From assembly GCF_009834535.1 (NCBI RefSeq), contig NC_045696.1, positions 31,870,001-31,934,000 on the forward strand: DNA of 64,000 nt. The letters are read 5' to 3'. Shown in pieces: positions 14,301 to 25,761 of this stretch. The position numbers and the translations under genes are program-made. The DNA comes from Camelus ferus. Taxonomy: Eukaryota. A model generated the notes under the pieces. The model made no database searches. It saw only the letters and a program-made list of their open reading frames with translations, and was not told the origin of the DNA. The first letter of the stretch is position 1. Each line of letters starts with the position of its first letter.

Positions 14301-15133
14301 GAGCACCAGTCATCTGCTGGGATGTTCTGCAGGAACTGAGCTCACAAAGCTGCTGGAGGCATAAATCCACCAAAGTGACACAGCCACTGAGAATCAGTTC
14401 AGATTTCATCCTAGTTTCAGAAGTCATGCATCCATGGCAGATTTGCTCAGATTTCATTCCCACCTCTGCGTGTGTGGAGCCTGCTGGTGCTTGTATGACC
14501 CAAGAGCTCTTAGAGGCAGTGCTGCATCCACTGTGAGCAAACCAAGAATGGGGCTTCTATGGCGGATCAGACTCAGTCTTGCACACAGCCCCAGTTGTAG
14601 CCTGGACCACACTCTATGTCCTTCAGATGGTCTCCATGCAGCAAACCCCAGTCCTCTCCCTGGGCCTGTCCACTGAAGCCTGAGTTTCAGCACCTAGCCC
14701 CTATGGGCACCAGCAAACACACATCTCAAAGTTGAGAGTGAAGCAAGGTGTCCAGGATAATCTGTGCTGGTCTCACAGTATCCTGCCTGCCGCAAGCCTG
14801 CTACAGCACACTCCTCTGAGCCTTTGAAGGTCCCTATCTGTCCCAACTGATCTTATAGCTTGTGAAGGGGATTCCCAGCATAAGGGAACCTTTTGTCTTT
14901 CACAATTCCCTCCCAGGGGCACTAGTCCCATCCCACTTCCTTTTTTTTTTTTTCTTTTGTCGTACCCACTTACTTGGTGATATTTCTTGCAGCTTTGGCT
15001 TGTATAAGATTTTCTGCCACCATTTAGTGGGTATTCTGTGAGAACTGTTCCACATGTAGATGTATGTTTGGTGTATTCGTGGGAGGAGGTGAGCTCTTCC
15101 TCCACCTTCTGTTTCACCATCCTGATCTCTGCC

Positions 15134-15190
15134 GATTGCACATTTAATTCCATCCTGGAGTCAGCTTCTAACAGAACCTGGATTAACACA
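15134..15190 (+). mobile_element. LTR16 3' terminus (continuation of 5880-6253)
   Basis: ttgcacatttaattccatcctggagtcagcttctaacagaacctggattaacaca matches the LTR16 end ttgcacgtctaatcccgtcttggcgtctgcttctcggaggacccgaactaacaca. Confidence 0.8.
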
Positions 15191-16089
15191 GATATGTTTT
15201 TATCTTTCAAGACATGTAGTAAATTGTGATTCTATATGCTCCACCATTTAATTTTAGAAAAATTTTTATTTTTAATAAAAAGTTATTATGTAATAAACTT
15301 TATGTCATATACATTAATACATTAATCTCCTTAAAATTTAATGTCATTCTTTCTTATATAACAGAATAACCCAATTTCCAGGGTAAAACTTCAAGTTTTG
15401 AATACTTTTTAATTATAAGTAACCCTCCCCAATTGAAATATTAATCAATAAAATTAAATATTTAATGTTGTTCTACTTCATTTTCTTTTATTACCTTCTG
15501 TATTTTAGTAGTTATGTTCTTTAAGCCTATGCTGATGGTTTTCATTTTAACATAATAATAGAAGTTGAAAATGATCGAATGATCCAGAAATAGTAAAGAA
15601 GCATCACTTTCTTCATGGTGTGATAAGCAAAAGTAGACTGCCTCATCTTATCTTATGCATCTTAAATTCTCATGAAGCTAATTAACATAAATTCAAAGTA
15701 TGGCCACTTTTTTACCCACAAAGCATTAAAATGCCCTGCTTTAGATTATTAATAGCAAATCTACCACTTTCAGTTTCACAAATTAAAAAAAAATATTTTA
15801 TGCAACACACTGTAACTCTAGATAATTCCATGTTGAACTGTCCATTACCCTCATATCTAGATAGTTTTCACGTTGATAAAAATAGAAAACAGAATAGGAG
15901 CAGACAGGCACAGAGGATCATTTTCCTATGAATTTCTAAGAGTTGTCTAAAAGTCACAGTGATCCAAAATCTATTGGGGTTAACTCTTGCTTTTTTATTT
16001 TTCTTTATTTTTTTTAATGATCAGAAATAAGAGTAGATTGTGGCTTATTATTGATATCATTCACAATAGCCTAAATTAGAATTTGAATC

Positions 16090-16620
16090 CATCTATTTAG
16101 CAAACATGCACGATATATTTAACACTCTATGAGTAAAGATTTTGAAGGGCTTTTTTATTGTCATCTAGAAACTCAAATTAGTGAGTGACAAGGACACTTG
16201 AATAAATAAAATGCCGTGATAATTATTGTCTCAAACATTGAATAAAGTGCCATATGAGCCTAAAAGTGAGAACAGTTATCTCTGTCTCAGTAATATATGA
16301 GGCTACATGGGAAGTAATGTATGATCTGGGTTTTGAGAAATGGGCTTATCAGAAAGAACAAAGGGAGAGAAAATCTAGACAGTAAGGACTATAATGTTAA
16401 CATGCCTGGGCACAAAAGAGCACAGGCAACAAAAACTAATTGGAAGCTCAATATGACTGGATTATATAGGAAATTGTGGGAATAGTATTAGGTATAAATA
16501 GAATGGTAAAATGAATCAGATCTAGAAAGCCCATTTTATGGCATGTTAATGAATTGATATATAATTATTGTACAGAAATGGTATAAATAGTTTTAAACAT
16601 AATCTTTGTAACAATTAAAG
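16090..16620 (-). mobile_element. Degraded LINE-2 fragment, with probable further pieces at about 19000-19230 and 20120-20420
   Basis: Purine-rich L2-like phrases (gatctgggttttgagaaatggg; gaatcagatctagaaagcc...ggcatgttaatgaattg; agagatggatttggaagtcat). Confidence 0.5.
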
Positions 16621-16631
16621 AGTGAAAGACT

Positions 16632-17160
16632 TTTTTATTAACAGACTTTTTTTTAGAGCAATTTCAGGTTCACAGCAGAATTGAGCAGAAAATACAGAGA
16701 GTTTGCACGTAGCCCTCCCCATCCACACATATATTCTCCCCTACCCTCAACATCCCTCATCAGTGTGGCATATTTGGTACAATCGATGAACCAACCTGGA
16801 CACATTATTATCAACCAAAGTTCATAGTTTACATTAGGGTTCACTCTTGATATTGTACATTATGTGGGTCTTGACAAATGCATAATGACATGTAGCCACC
16901 ACTATAGTATCATACAGAATAATTTCATTGCTCTAAAAATCTCATGTGCTTCATCTATTCATTCCTCCCTCCCTCCCTTTCCCCAAACCTCTGGAAACTA
17001 CAATTTTTTTATTGTTTCTGTAGCTTTGCCTTTCCCAGAATGTCATTTGATTGGAATCATATAGTTTGTAACCTTTTCAAACTGGCTTCTTTCACTTAGT
17101 AATATGTCTTTTAAGTTTCTTCCATATCTTTCATGGCTTGATAACTCATTTCTTTTTTTT
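16632..17160 (-). mobile_element. L1MC1/L1MC2-type 3'UTR fragment
   Basis: ttagagcaatttcaggttcacagcagaattgagcagaaaatacagagag...ccaaagttcatagtttacattagggttcactcttg is the typical L1MC1/2 3' end. Confidence 0.85.
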
Positions 17161-17284
17161 TTAACTGCACATTTTTAAAATTTAAATATATGTACTGTTC
17201 ATTGTTTCTAAGAATAATTAGAGCTTTGGCTTTTTAAACTTACATAGTTATCAAAGGAATAAAGCCAACCACAAGATAAGAATT

Positions 17285-17490
17285 AATTCAAAAAGATACA
17301 TATACCCAGCTATTAACAGCAACATTATTTATAATTGCCAAGATATAGAAGCATCCTAAGTGCGCATCAATAGTTGAATAGATAAAGATGCAGCAGATAT
17401 AGATACAAATATATATAGATATATAGATATATAGATCTAATGGAATACAACTCACCCATAAGAAAGAAGGATATTTTGCCATTTGTGGCC
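17285..17490 (+). mobile_element. L1 fragment (ORF2 C-terminus/3'UTR start)
   Basis: aaagatacatataccc...attgccaagatatagaagcatcctaagtg...atggaatacaactca...ttttgccatttg. Confidence 0.8.
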
Positions 17491-17534
17491 CTTCATTCCC
17501 TTTTTTTTCACTTGAAAAACCAGAATTTTATAAC

Positions 17535-17821
17535 TGGTATAAACATCTCCATTGCATCAAAAACAACAAAGTCCCTAGAAATAAACTTAACTAAGGAGGT
17601 TACCTATACTCCAAAAACCGAAATGACATAAAGAAATGGAAAGATTTCTTGTGCTCTTGGATTAGAAGAATCAACACTATCAAAATGGCCACACTACCCA
17701 AAGCAATCCACAGATCCAATGCAACCCCATTCAATATACTCATGACATTCCTCACAGAACTAGAACAAACAATTCCAAAATTTATAAGGAACAACAAAAG
17801 ACGCCAAATGGCCAAAGCAAT
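17535..17821 (+). mobile_element. L1 ORF2 internal fragment
   Basis: Translation CSWIRRINTIKMATLPKAIHRSNATP...ELEQTIPKFIRNNKRRQMAKAI. Confidence 0.88.
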
Positions 17822-17824
17822 CTT

Positions 17825-18890
17825 TTTTAGGTCTTTTTCTTTTTTTTCTCTCTCTTTCTTCTTTTGTTCTCTTTTCTTATGGTTTGATGACTACAGAAGA
17901 TCCTTTAACATTTGTTGTAAAGCTGGTTTGGTGGTGCTGAAATCTTTTAGCTTTTGTTTATCTGTGAAGCTTTTTATTTCTCCTTCAAATATGAACAAGA
18001 GCCTTGCTGGATAGACTACTCTTGGTTGTAAGTTTTCCCCTTTCATCACTTTAAATATGTCATGCCACTCCCTCCTGGCCTGTAGAGTTTCTGCTGAAAA
18101 ATTAGCTGATAACCTTATGGGATTTCCCTTGTATGTTATTTGTTGCTTTTCTCTTGATAATTTTAATATTTTCTCCTTATCCTTAATTTTTCTCAACTTG
18201 ATGACTATGTGACTCAGTGTGTTCCTCTTTGGGTTGATCCTTTATGGTACTCTCTATGCTTCCCAGACTTGGGTGACTGTTTCCTCTCCCAAGATGAGGA
18301 AGTTTTCAGTGATTATCTCTCCAAAAATTTTCTCAGGTCCTTTCTCTCTCTCTTCTCTTTCTGGGACCCCTATAATGCGAATATTAGTGCAGTCATGTTG
18401 TCCTGGAGTTCTCTTAAGTTATCCTCATTTCTTTTCATTCTTTTTTCTTTTTTCTGTTCTGCAGTAGTGATTTCCATTAACTTGTCTTACAGCTCACTGA
18501 TCTGTTCTTCTGCCTCATTTAGTCTATTCTTGGTTCCTTCTAGTGTGTTAATCATTTCAGTGGTATTATTCTTGAACTCTGTTTGGCTATTCTTTATATT
18601 TTCCAATACTTTGCTAAAAACTTCACTCTGTACATCTGTACTCCTCTTGAGTTCTCTGAATATCTTCGCCATCATTACTTTGAACTCTTTCTCAGATAAA
18701 TTGCCTATCTCCTCATCACTTATTTCCTCTTCTGGGAATTTATCTTGTGCCTTGGCCTGGGAGATATTCCTTTGCCACCTCATATGGTCTGTCTTTCTAT
18801 TTTTATTTTTAGATAATTTAGTTAACATTTCTTGACCTTGAAGAGGTGGCCTTCTGTGGGAGATGTCCAATGCTTCCCAGCAGTACACTC
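17825..18890 (-). mobile_element. ORF1-only L1 retrocopy (end of 5'UTR, ORF1, short spacer, A-tail) inserted at the end of an L1 ORF2 fragment
   Basis: ORF1 peptides. The sense 3' end reads gaaaaagacctaaaaaa. A 3-bp duplication ctt (17822-17824 / 18891-18893) lies at a TT/AAGA endonuclease-type site. Confidence 0.85.
17891..18783 (-). pseudogene. L1 ORF1p, complete length but with a premature stop and frameshift
   Basis: MRWQRNISQAKAQDK...EAEEQISEL* then KIKDKEKILK...PIRLSANFSAETLQARREW...YPARL...LQQMLKDLL*. Confidence 0.93.
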
Positions 18891-19319
18891 CTTAAAGAGA
18901 GAAAGACTTGAAGCAGATACACTCTTAACTGAAATAACCCAAGCAAGAAACAATAAAGATCTTTATTAGAAGGACCAATCAAAAGGAAATCTTAGATTTA
19001 AAAATGGAAAATATGTTAAGTAAGATACAGGCAAAAGAAGGATGTCCTCAACTGGCAGCAAAAGTCCCAGTAGAATTTTAAACATACAGGCTTACAGGAG
19101 CCTGAAAGGTAATGCAGGCAGATATAGACCTAGGTAGTTAGCAGTATGGGTCTGGAGACATCCAGAGAGACACAAGTTCTAGAGATGGATTTGGAAGTCA
19201 TAGGTATATAAATATTGTTGAAATGTGTGCAATAAGAGGTTTTTTCAATATAATTTACTGAGATTTGCCTCAAAAAGTGCTCGTGTTTCTCAGAATATCC
19301 TCACTGAGGCACTACAGTC

Positions 19320-19860
19320 AGGGGATAATGAAATGAATGGACTGCAAAGAGACTTGGGTTCAAACACTTGCTTTGTCATATACTGCTTATGTATTATTGG
19401 ATTAGTTTCTTACATTCCAGTTTTACAGTCTGTAAATGTGAATAATAATAGTGAATTAATAATGTTAATGTGGTTGAGTGAGGTTTTTTTAGACACAGAT
19501 ATCTTTTCTACAATTCTGAAATCCACAGAGTTCTGAAAACTGAAAGTTTTGTTTTTATTTGTTTATTCTCTGAAACTTTATTGTCACGTCATTTGATGGC
19601 AAAATTTGACCTTACCTGTAGAGAAGCTATGTATAATCCTTTTGTATCACACATAGTGGGGACACTCATGTTTGATTTGGAAGTACTGCCATTAATATAG
19701 TATGCTAGCTTTCTAAAATTTGAAATAAGCTAAAACACAAAACAAGTTGGTCCAAAAGGTTTCAGAGGAATCAACTGTGAACCTGAATGTGTAAATTGCT
19801 TGTAAGTGTCCCTAATAGAATAAGCTCTAAATAAACATTAGCTACTGTTATAATTATCAT
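19320..19860 (+). mobile_element. MIR SINE split by MER46C
   Basis: Core gacttgggttcaaa...cagttttacagtctgtaaatgtgaataataatagt lies before the insert; tail aatgtgtaaattgctt...taagctctaaataaacattagctact lies after it. Confidence 0.75.
19490..19785. mobile_element. MER46C-like (TcMar-Tigger) non-autonomous DNA transposon
   Basis: caattctgaaatccacagagttctgaaaactgaaagtttt...catttgatggcaaaatttgacc...ctttctaaaatttgaaa...ggtttcagaggaatcaactgtgaacctg. Confidence 0.75.
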
Positions 19861-20586
19861 CATCTGATTCTACAAACCCTTTGTTTATACCTGAAATTCA
19901 ATCTTACCAGACCTGCATGTTGCTTATGATCCATTGAATATTTCTCTGCATGACCAATTGGCCTTAGTTTTTGGACTTTGGTTTCTCATACCAATGGCAT
20001 TTCCTGGGATCAATATTCTCCTTCCCTTTTTCTTCAGATAAGCATCATCCCAGCTCCTTCCAGACCTGAAGTCCCCATTGTAGCCATAGTTGGGTACTGG
20101 TTTCCCTAAATCCCACAATTCAAAAGAGCTTTGGACAAATAATATTGAGGGAAGGTATGATCAATGAGAAAAGAATGAGATTTAGTGTAATTCTGCGGTA
20201 GAGCAAATCCTAAGTAGCAGCGTAATCAGGGAAGGGAAGTGTGGAGAAAGAATTAAAAACAGAAATGCCAGGGTCAAAGAAATCAAGAGAAGAGGAAGAT
20301 TTGGGAAGAAATCATGTTCAAATGTATCAAATGTCAGAGAAGACCAATCAATGGGGAGAAAAAAACAATGGGATGAGGTCTTGTATCACTAGGAAGCAGG
20401 AGTGAGATTATCATAGGTTGACATATGGAAGAAAGTGATGAAAATAATTATAGATTACATTTCCATTACACTGAAAGATTACATGTTTAAGAATATATTC
20501 TGTAGTTCCCCTGCTCCTATCAGTCCAGAAACAGTAGAAAACATTTTTAATTCCAATTCAGAAATAAATAAATCTACATGGAAAAT

Positions 20587-20587
<1 letters not shown>

Positions 20588-20626
<39 letters not shown>

Positions 20627-21000
20627 ACATATATATAAAAGAATGTATAATTTATATGTAATGTATATAATTTGTATATATACACACACAGAGGTTATAT
20701 ATCCATATATATACAATAGTTTATATTTGTGTGTGTATATATATATATGTAAACACTGTTGGAGTAGGCCAACATAAAGGTATGACCACCAATTGACCTG
20801 CAAGCTGAACCCAGGTAATTGGAGGCTCAACACTCTCTCCCCTGTCCTTGGAATATATGGTCCACATGCCTTTCCTGCTCCCTCTTACTGCTCCATGGCA
20901 ACAGCCTTGAAACAAAAATGTGATATTGTATACACACACACACATCCACACATATGTATATGTGTGTTTATATATATATATACACATACATACACACACA
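20588..21000. repeat. Compound (TA)/(TG)/(CA) microsatellite blocks around a non-repetitive core
   Basis: Directly visible. Confidence 0.85.
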
Positions 21001-21169
21001 GAGGTTAGGTTTAGGCTTCTGCAAAGGAATTTTTTTTAATTATTACTTTAATAAGAGAAGCTTTTGGTGCAATTTGTATAAGGAACAAAGTCGTGTGTAT
21101 TATTTCAGAGTAAATGTTTCAAAGCTGGTGCTTAATTCCACAGTTTTCTCTTTTTCTTTCTTAGTCATC

Positions 21170-21312
21170 ATGAAAGCATGCTTTGAATGCAGTGCCCTGC
21201 AAAGTCAACAAGACCAATAGCAAGCCATACAGAAGTGAGAGATACACTTTTGTTGTACTAAGTGACTGAGATGTTGGGATTGTTTTTAGCCTATATGATC
21301 CTAACTAGTAAA
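21170..21312 (+). mobile_element. MLT1-type LTR 3' fragment
   Basis: ttgttgtactaagtgactgagatgttgggattgttt...agccta...tcctaactagtaaa. Confidence 0.55.
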
Positions 21313-22040
21313 ATAAGTTACAGAATAAAAGAAACATTTTATCCTCCCTTCTACCTTAAATTTGACTATGATGTTCATTTGACTATAATGTCCATTAAAG
21401 AGTTTCTTTCAGATTAAATGTATACTTTGGCTTGCTTTCTTGCTTTCGCTTTCTCCTCTCTCTTAATGTTTTAGGAAATAAAGTACCCCTGTCTGCCTAT
21501 AAAGACAATCAGATCTAAACCCCTCTTAGTGTTGCTCCTCTATGATTTTCTAGCCTTACCAAATGGGACAATTACAAATATCTTTTGAAGACATATGAAG
21601 ACATTTTGGTGCATTTCCACCCACCTATGCTGAAGTTGCAACAGCATATATGCCACCAAATATTTGTAATAAATATATCGAAATTATATATCCTTTTATG
21701 GTGGAATGACAAAGATAGGGCAAAATTAAATAAAGAGAGAGAGAGAGAGAGATGAAAGGGGGCAGGGGGAGCTATGGAAATAATTTTTACCAAACTGGAA
21801 GTATAATGAGTTTAAACACACACATACACACTCAGTTACTCACTCCGAGATAAATTTACTCTTATTTTATCTAAGACCCAGTGTTTTCTTTTTGTGTAAT
21901 AAGTACCTTAGATTAACTCAGGACATTCTTCCATGCTGTTATTAAAATATAAATCTCATATTTTACAAGAAAAAAATAGAAATTACTTCTTGAAATCACA
22001 AATGAACAGTGACTCATATTTGTTTTAAAAAGGAGAGGAA

Positions 22041-22095
22041 CAACACCAGAAATTAACACAGCATTGTAAAACAACTAGACTTCAATTTTAAAAAA
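22041..22095 (+). mobile_element. Ultra-short L1 3' tail (about 50 bp)
   Basis: acaccagaaattaacacagcattgtaaaacaactagacttcaatttt+A(n) is homologous to the tails at 25496-25549 and 26816-26865. Confidence 0.75.
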
Positions 22096-22765
22096 AGAGA
22101 GACTACTTTTCCCCTTGTACTATAGACTTGTACTATAGAACTAAAGGATAAATATTGCCATAAAACATTATTTTACTACATATGCATTACTAAATATTTT
22201 TAATTTTATCTAAGTCTGATGAGTACTTTATGGCTTTTTTTAATTGCTTCTTTTACAGCTTCTTAAATTTGACTAAAAGTATATGCCCAAGCCTTCTAAA
22301 CTGCTAAAAGTTACCCACCTGCATGCACATTCAGTCCCTGCATTTGTTATGGTAGTGGTGATACTCTGTAGTTGAAAACAAGGCTATGTTGATTTTTTTT
22401 TCCCCGCAAATTCAAGATAGTCTGGAAACCTCTAGAAGGCCTCTGGCAGTTCACCTAGGTACCCTTCACATTTCATCACTTATAGCGTGTTCTGTGGTAG
22501 GAAAATAATCAAGTGAGCTCTAATAACAGAAGATATAGCTTAGATCATCAGCAGGATAAAAATAAATATGCATCTCTATTATGAAGTGTATATGAACTTA
22601 AAATTCCATGGTCTCCAAACCTTTTGCATTTGGATAATGGCGCAAATTGTATTTTCCTGCCAGTTTACACCAGATTAATTGCATGTTAATCCATTATATT
22701 ATATTGTAAAATGCATTTAAAAGTTAGCTTTAACTCATCACACTGTCTTGGAAAATGTTACAGAT

Positions 22766-22767
<2 letters not shown>

Positions 22768-22825
<58 letters not shown>
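22768..22825. repeat. Perfect (AT)n microsatellite
   Basis: Directly visible. Confidence 0.97.
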
Positions 22826-22827
<2 letters not shown>

Positions 22828-24710
22828 TATTTCTCTATGTCTGTCTTTTTATTTTTGTATTCATCCAGCTGTACCTCTTCCTGGTAAAAACTATTGGAAA
22901 TTATTTGTCTTTATTTAATAGTATCATGGGAAAGAGTTCAAAGTAGGACCAACAGGGGTTGTGAAAAGATAGTTTCTCTGCCCCCACAAATCTTAGAATA
23001 TTTTGTTCCTCCTTCCTCCAAGAACAAAAATGTATATTCTGCTAAGATTAGGCTTAAGAAACAAGTGTGCAATACACTCCATATAAAGTATAGCTCAGTA
23101 GAGGTGTAACAATTTATTTTAATATTTGGTGTAAGCAGCACTAAATGTGCCCTCAAGTCAACTCTGTTATTCATGATGTGGTTCACAGATGGATGTTATT
23201 AACCATGTGTGCCATCTGGTAACTTCCTATTTTAGCTAATCATTCTTGCTAAGTAGGTGCTAACTCTTTAAAATTATTATTTTCATGTTTGCACTCTCTA
23301 AATTTGGGTGAACTAGGACAGAGTACCAATTGTCCCTTCCTAATTATAGTCTGTGGACTGGCTGTGGAACTCAAAGAACAAAAATCAGACATTTAATATA
23401 TTGAGCAAGTTCGATAAGTGAAAGGTTGTAGGGTCTGAATATTCTATCCCTAAAACAACTTCTGACAGTAAGTAATAAATAAATAACAAGAATAGTATAT
23501 ACTCCTTCATTGATGATTGTAGTACAACAAATGGGTACCTAAAGATTTTGGTTGCTCAAGAATGTATAAAGTGTACATAAGCATATCATATTAGTTCTAT
23601 GTTTTATGTAAGTACATATGGAGTTTTCTTTATTTATTTTTGATTAATTAAGTATCTTAATTAAATATAAACTACTTATAAGGAATGATACATTGGAAGG
23701 AATACATTCTATGGTTCTGTAATAGTCATGAAGAACCATATATTGACTTAGTCGTTAGGCTTGAAGGTGTTTATCATACAAGGACCTCAGAGTACTCCAC
23801 TGCATTCTTTGCCTTCAGACTTCTGAAGAGTGATGAAAGATGAAATGCAAAGCACTCCTGCCCATATTCTATAGATTAGAATTTGTCCTATGGCTCTACA
23901 TAGATGCAAGCATGGGAAATATGATCTCTCTGTTTTTTTAGAAGTAAAATGTAATGATTTAGTAAAGACATAGCATTGTCTCCATCACATTGTGAGTTCC
24001 CTATATTTATCAATAATGTGAGTCTCTTTGTCAGTTCAAGTTTAAATGAAGAATAAAAACTATTTAGTTCAAATCTTTGATTAAACAGTGTACTAGCAAT
24101 TAGCTTCTGATTTACATGACTTAAGCTCATTTTGGATATAATGTACACATTCTTTCAAGGAGAGTGATTGGGGAAATCAACAAAGAATATTTTAACAATT
24201 ATCCATTCTTGTTAGGTGTACCTTCTTTACTTCTGTAACAAGCTTCAGGTTTGCCTATTTCTTATTTAATAGTTGAAAATACCTTTCTCTGTGCTCATGT
24301 AGGTTCTGGGTTTCAAAGAGGATGAGATGAGAAAAATCACTGGTAAATCACCCCATTTACTAAACTGACTGCTAACCCTTTAGTAAGCAAAAGGGTCTTT
24401 GAAAGAGCTGTGCTGTGTCACCATTATTTTGGGTGAAGACCACATACCATTTTATCATCTCACTATTAATAGTAATGACTAGAACATCCAACTTTTACAG
24501 ATAAATATTTAGAAATATGCATTTTTAGTAATATGCATAATGTATAATCAAGTATAATTTTATCTTGCTCTTGCTTCTAAAATTATCACTGGAGCTCAAA
24601 AACTGAGCTGTCTTCTTCCCCTAAAAAATAAATTAATTTTCAGAACATGTCTACTAATTTGGAAACTAAACAGTTGTCAGCTCTAGAAAAAGAAATCAAG
24701 AGGACCATAA

Positions 24711-25549
24711 TGATCAGAATGGTCATCATTAAAAAGTCTACAAATAATAAATGATGGAGAGAGTGTGGAGAAAAAGGAACCCTCCTACACTGTTGATAGG
24801 AATGTAAATTGGTGCAGTCACTATGGAGAACAGTAAGGAAGTGCCTTAAAAAACTAAGAATAGACGTACCATATGATCCAGAAATCCCACTCCTGGGCAT
24901 CTATCTGAAGAAAATTCATACTCAAAAAGATACATGCACCCCGAAGTTCATAGAAGCACTATTTATAATAGCCAAGACATGGAAGCAACCTAAATGCCCA
25001 TCAGCAGATGAATGGATAAAGAAGTTGTGAGATATAGATATAGATATAGATATAGATAGATATAGATATAGATATATAGTGGAATATTACTCAGGCATAA
25101 AAAAGAATGAAATAATGTCATTTGCAGCAACGTGGATGATCCTAGAGATTATCATATTAAATGAAGTAAATTAGTTAGAGAAAGGCAAAGCCTTATACTT
25201 AGAATCTAAAAAAAATTGATACAAATTAACTTTACAAACCAGAAATAGACTCAAAGACATAGAAAATAAACTGGTTGCTGAAGGGGAAAAGGGTTCCGGG
25301 GGAGGGATGAATTAGGAGTTTGGGATTAATGTATACACACTACTGTATATAAAATAAATAAAGGGACCAAAAGTATAGCACAGTGAACTATATTCAATGT
25401 CTTGTAATAACCTATAATGGAAAAGAATCTGAAAAAGAATATGTGTATGTGTATATATGTGTATAATATATACACACCTGAATCACTTTGCTGTACACCT
25501 GAAACTAACACATTGGAAATCAGCTATATGTCAATAAATTGTTTTTAAA
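24711..25549 (+). mobile_element. 5'-truncated L1 (ORF2 C-terminus plus 3'UTR)
   Basis: Peptide [10 protein letters not shown]...[10 protein letters not shown]...[14 protein letters not shown] aagaggaccataa (24698-24710) / aagaagactataa (25550-25562). Confidence 0.93.
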
Positions 25550-25761
25550 AAGAAGACTATAAAGAGTTAAGCATCTAACCAGAATCAATTTAAATCTGAT
25601 ACAATTCACACAATTGTTTGAATATTTATCACAATGGAAGTTTATCAGATCTATTGCACTATCGATACGTCTGAATTGAATGACAATCAACTGGTGATTA
25701 TTTAATTGCTATCTCTCTCTGACAAGACTCCCACTGAATTAAATGGGTATAAAGAAATTTA

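Larger units (their letters stand above)
6256..15133 (-). mobile_element. Near-full-length decayed LINE-1 (copy A): 3'UTR at 6256, ORF2, ORF1 (about 12715-13620), 5'UTR to 15133; interrupted at 7654-10267
   Basis: Poly-T plus L1 3'UTR at 6256. ORF2-like peptides ([36 protein letters not shown]). The 5' terminus reads ggaggaggtgagctc...ccatcctgatct. Diverged TSD ggttgcacat (6244-6253) / gattgcacat (15134-15143). Confidence 0.92.

Noticed and set aside
13709..15210. Overlapping ORFs in L1 5'UTRs (also 53483-54880) as ORF0-like genes
   Set aside because: These are GC-richer UTRs with few stops, and the frames are not shared between copies A and B.
18209..18835. 208-aa plus-strand ORF
   Set aside because: It is an antisense shadow of L1 ORF1 (Ser/Leu/Phe-rich) with no independent support.
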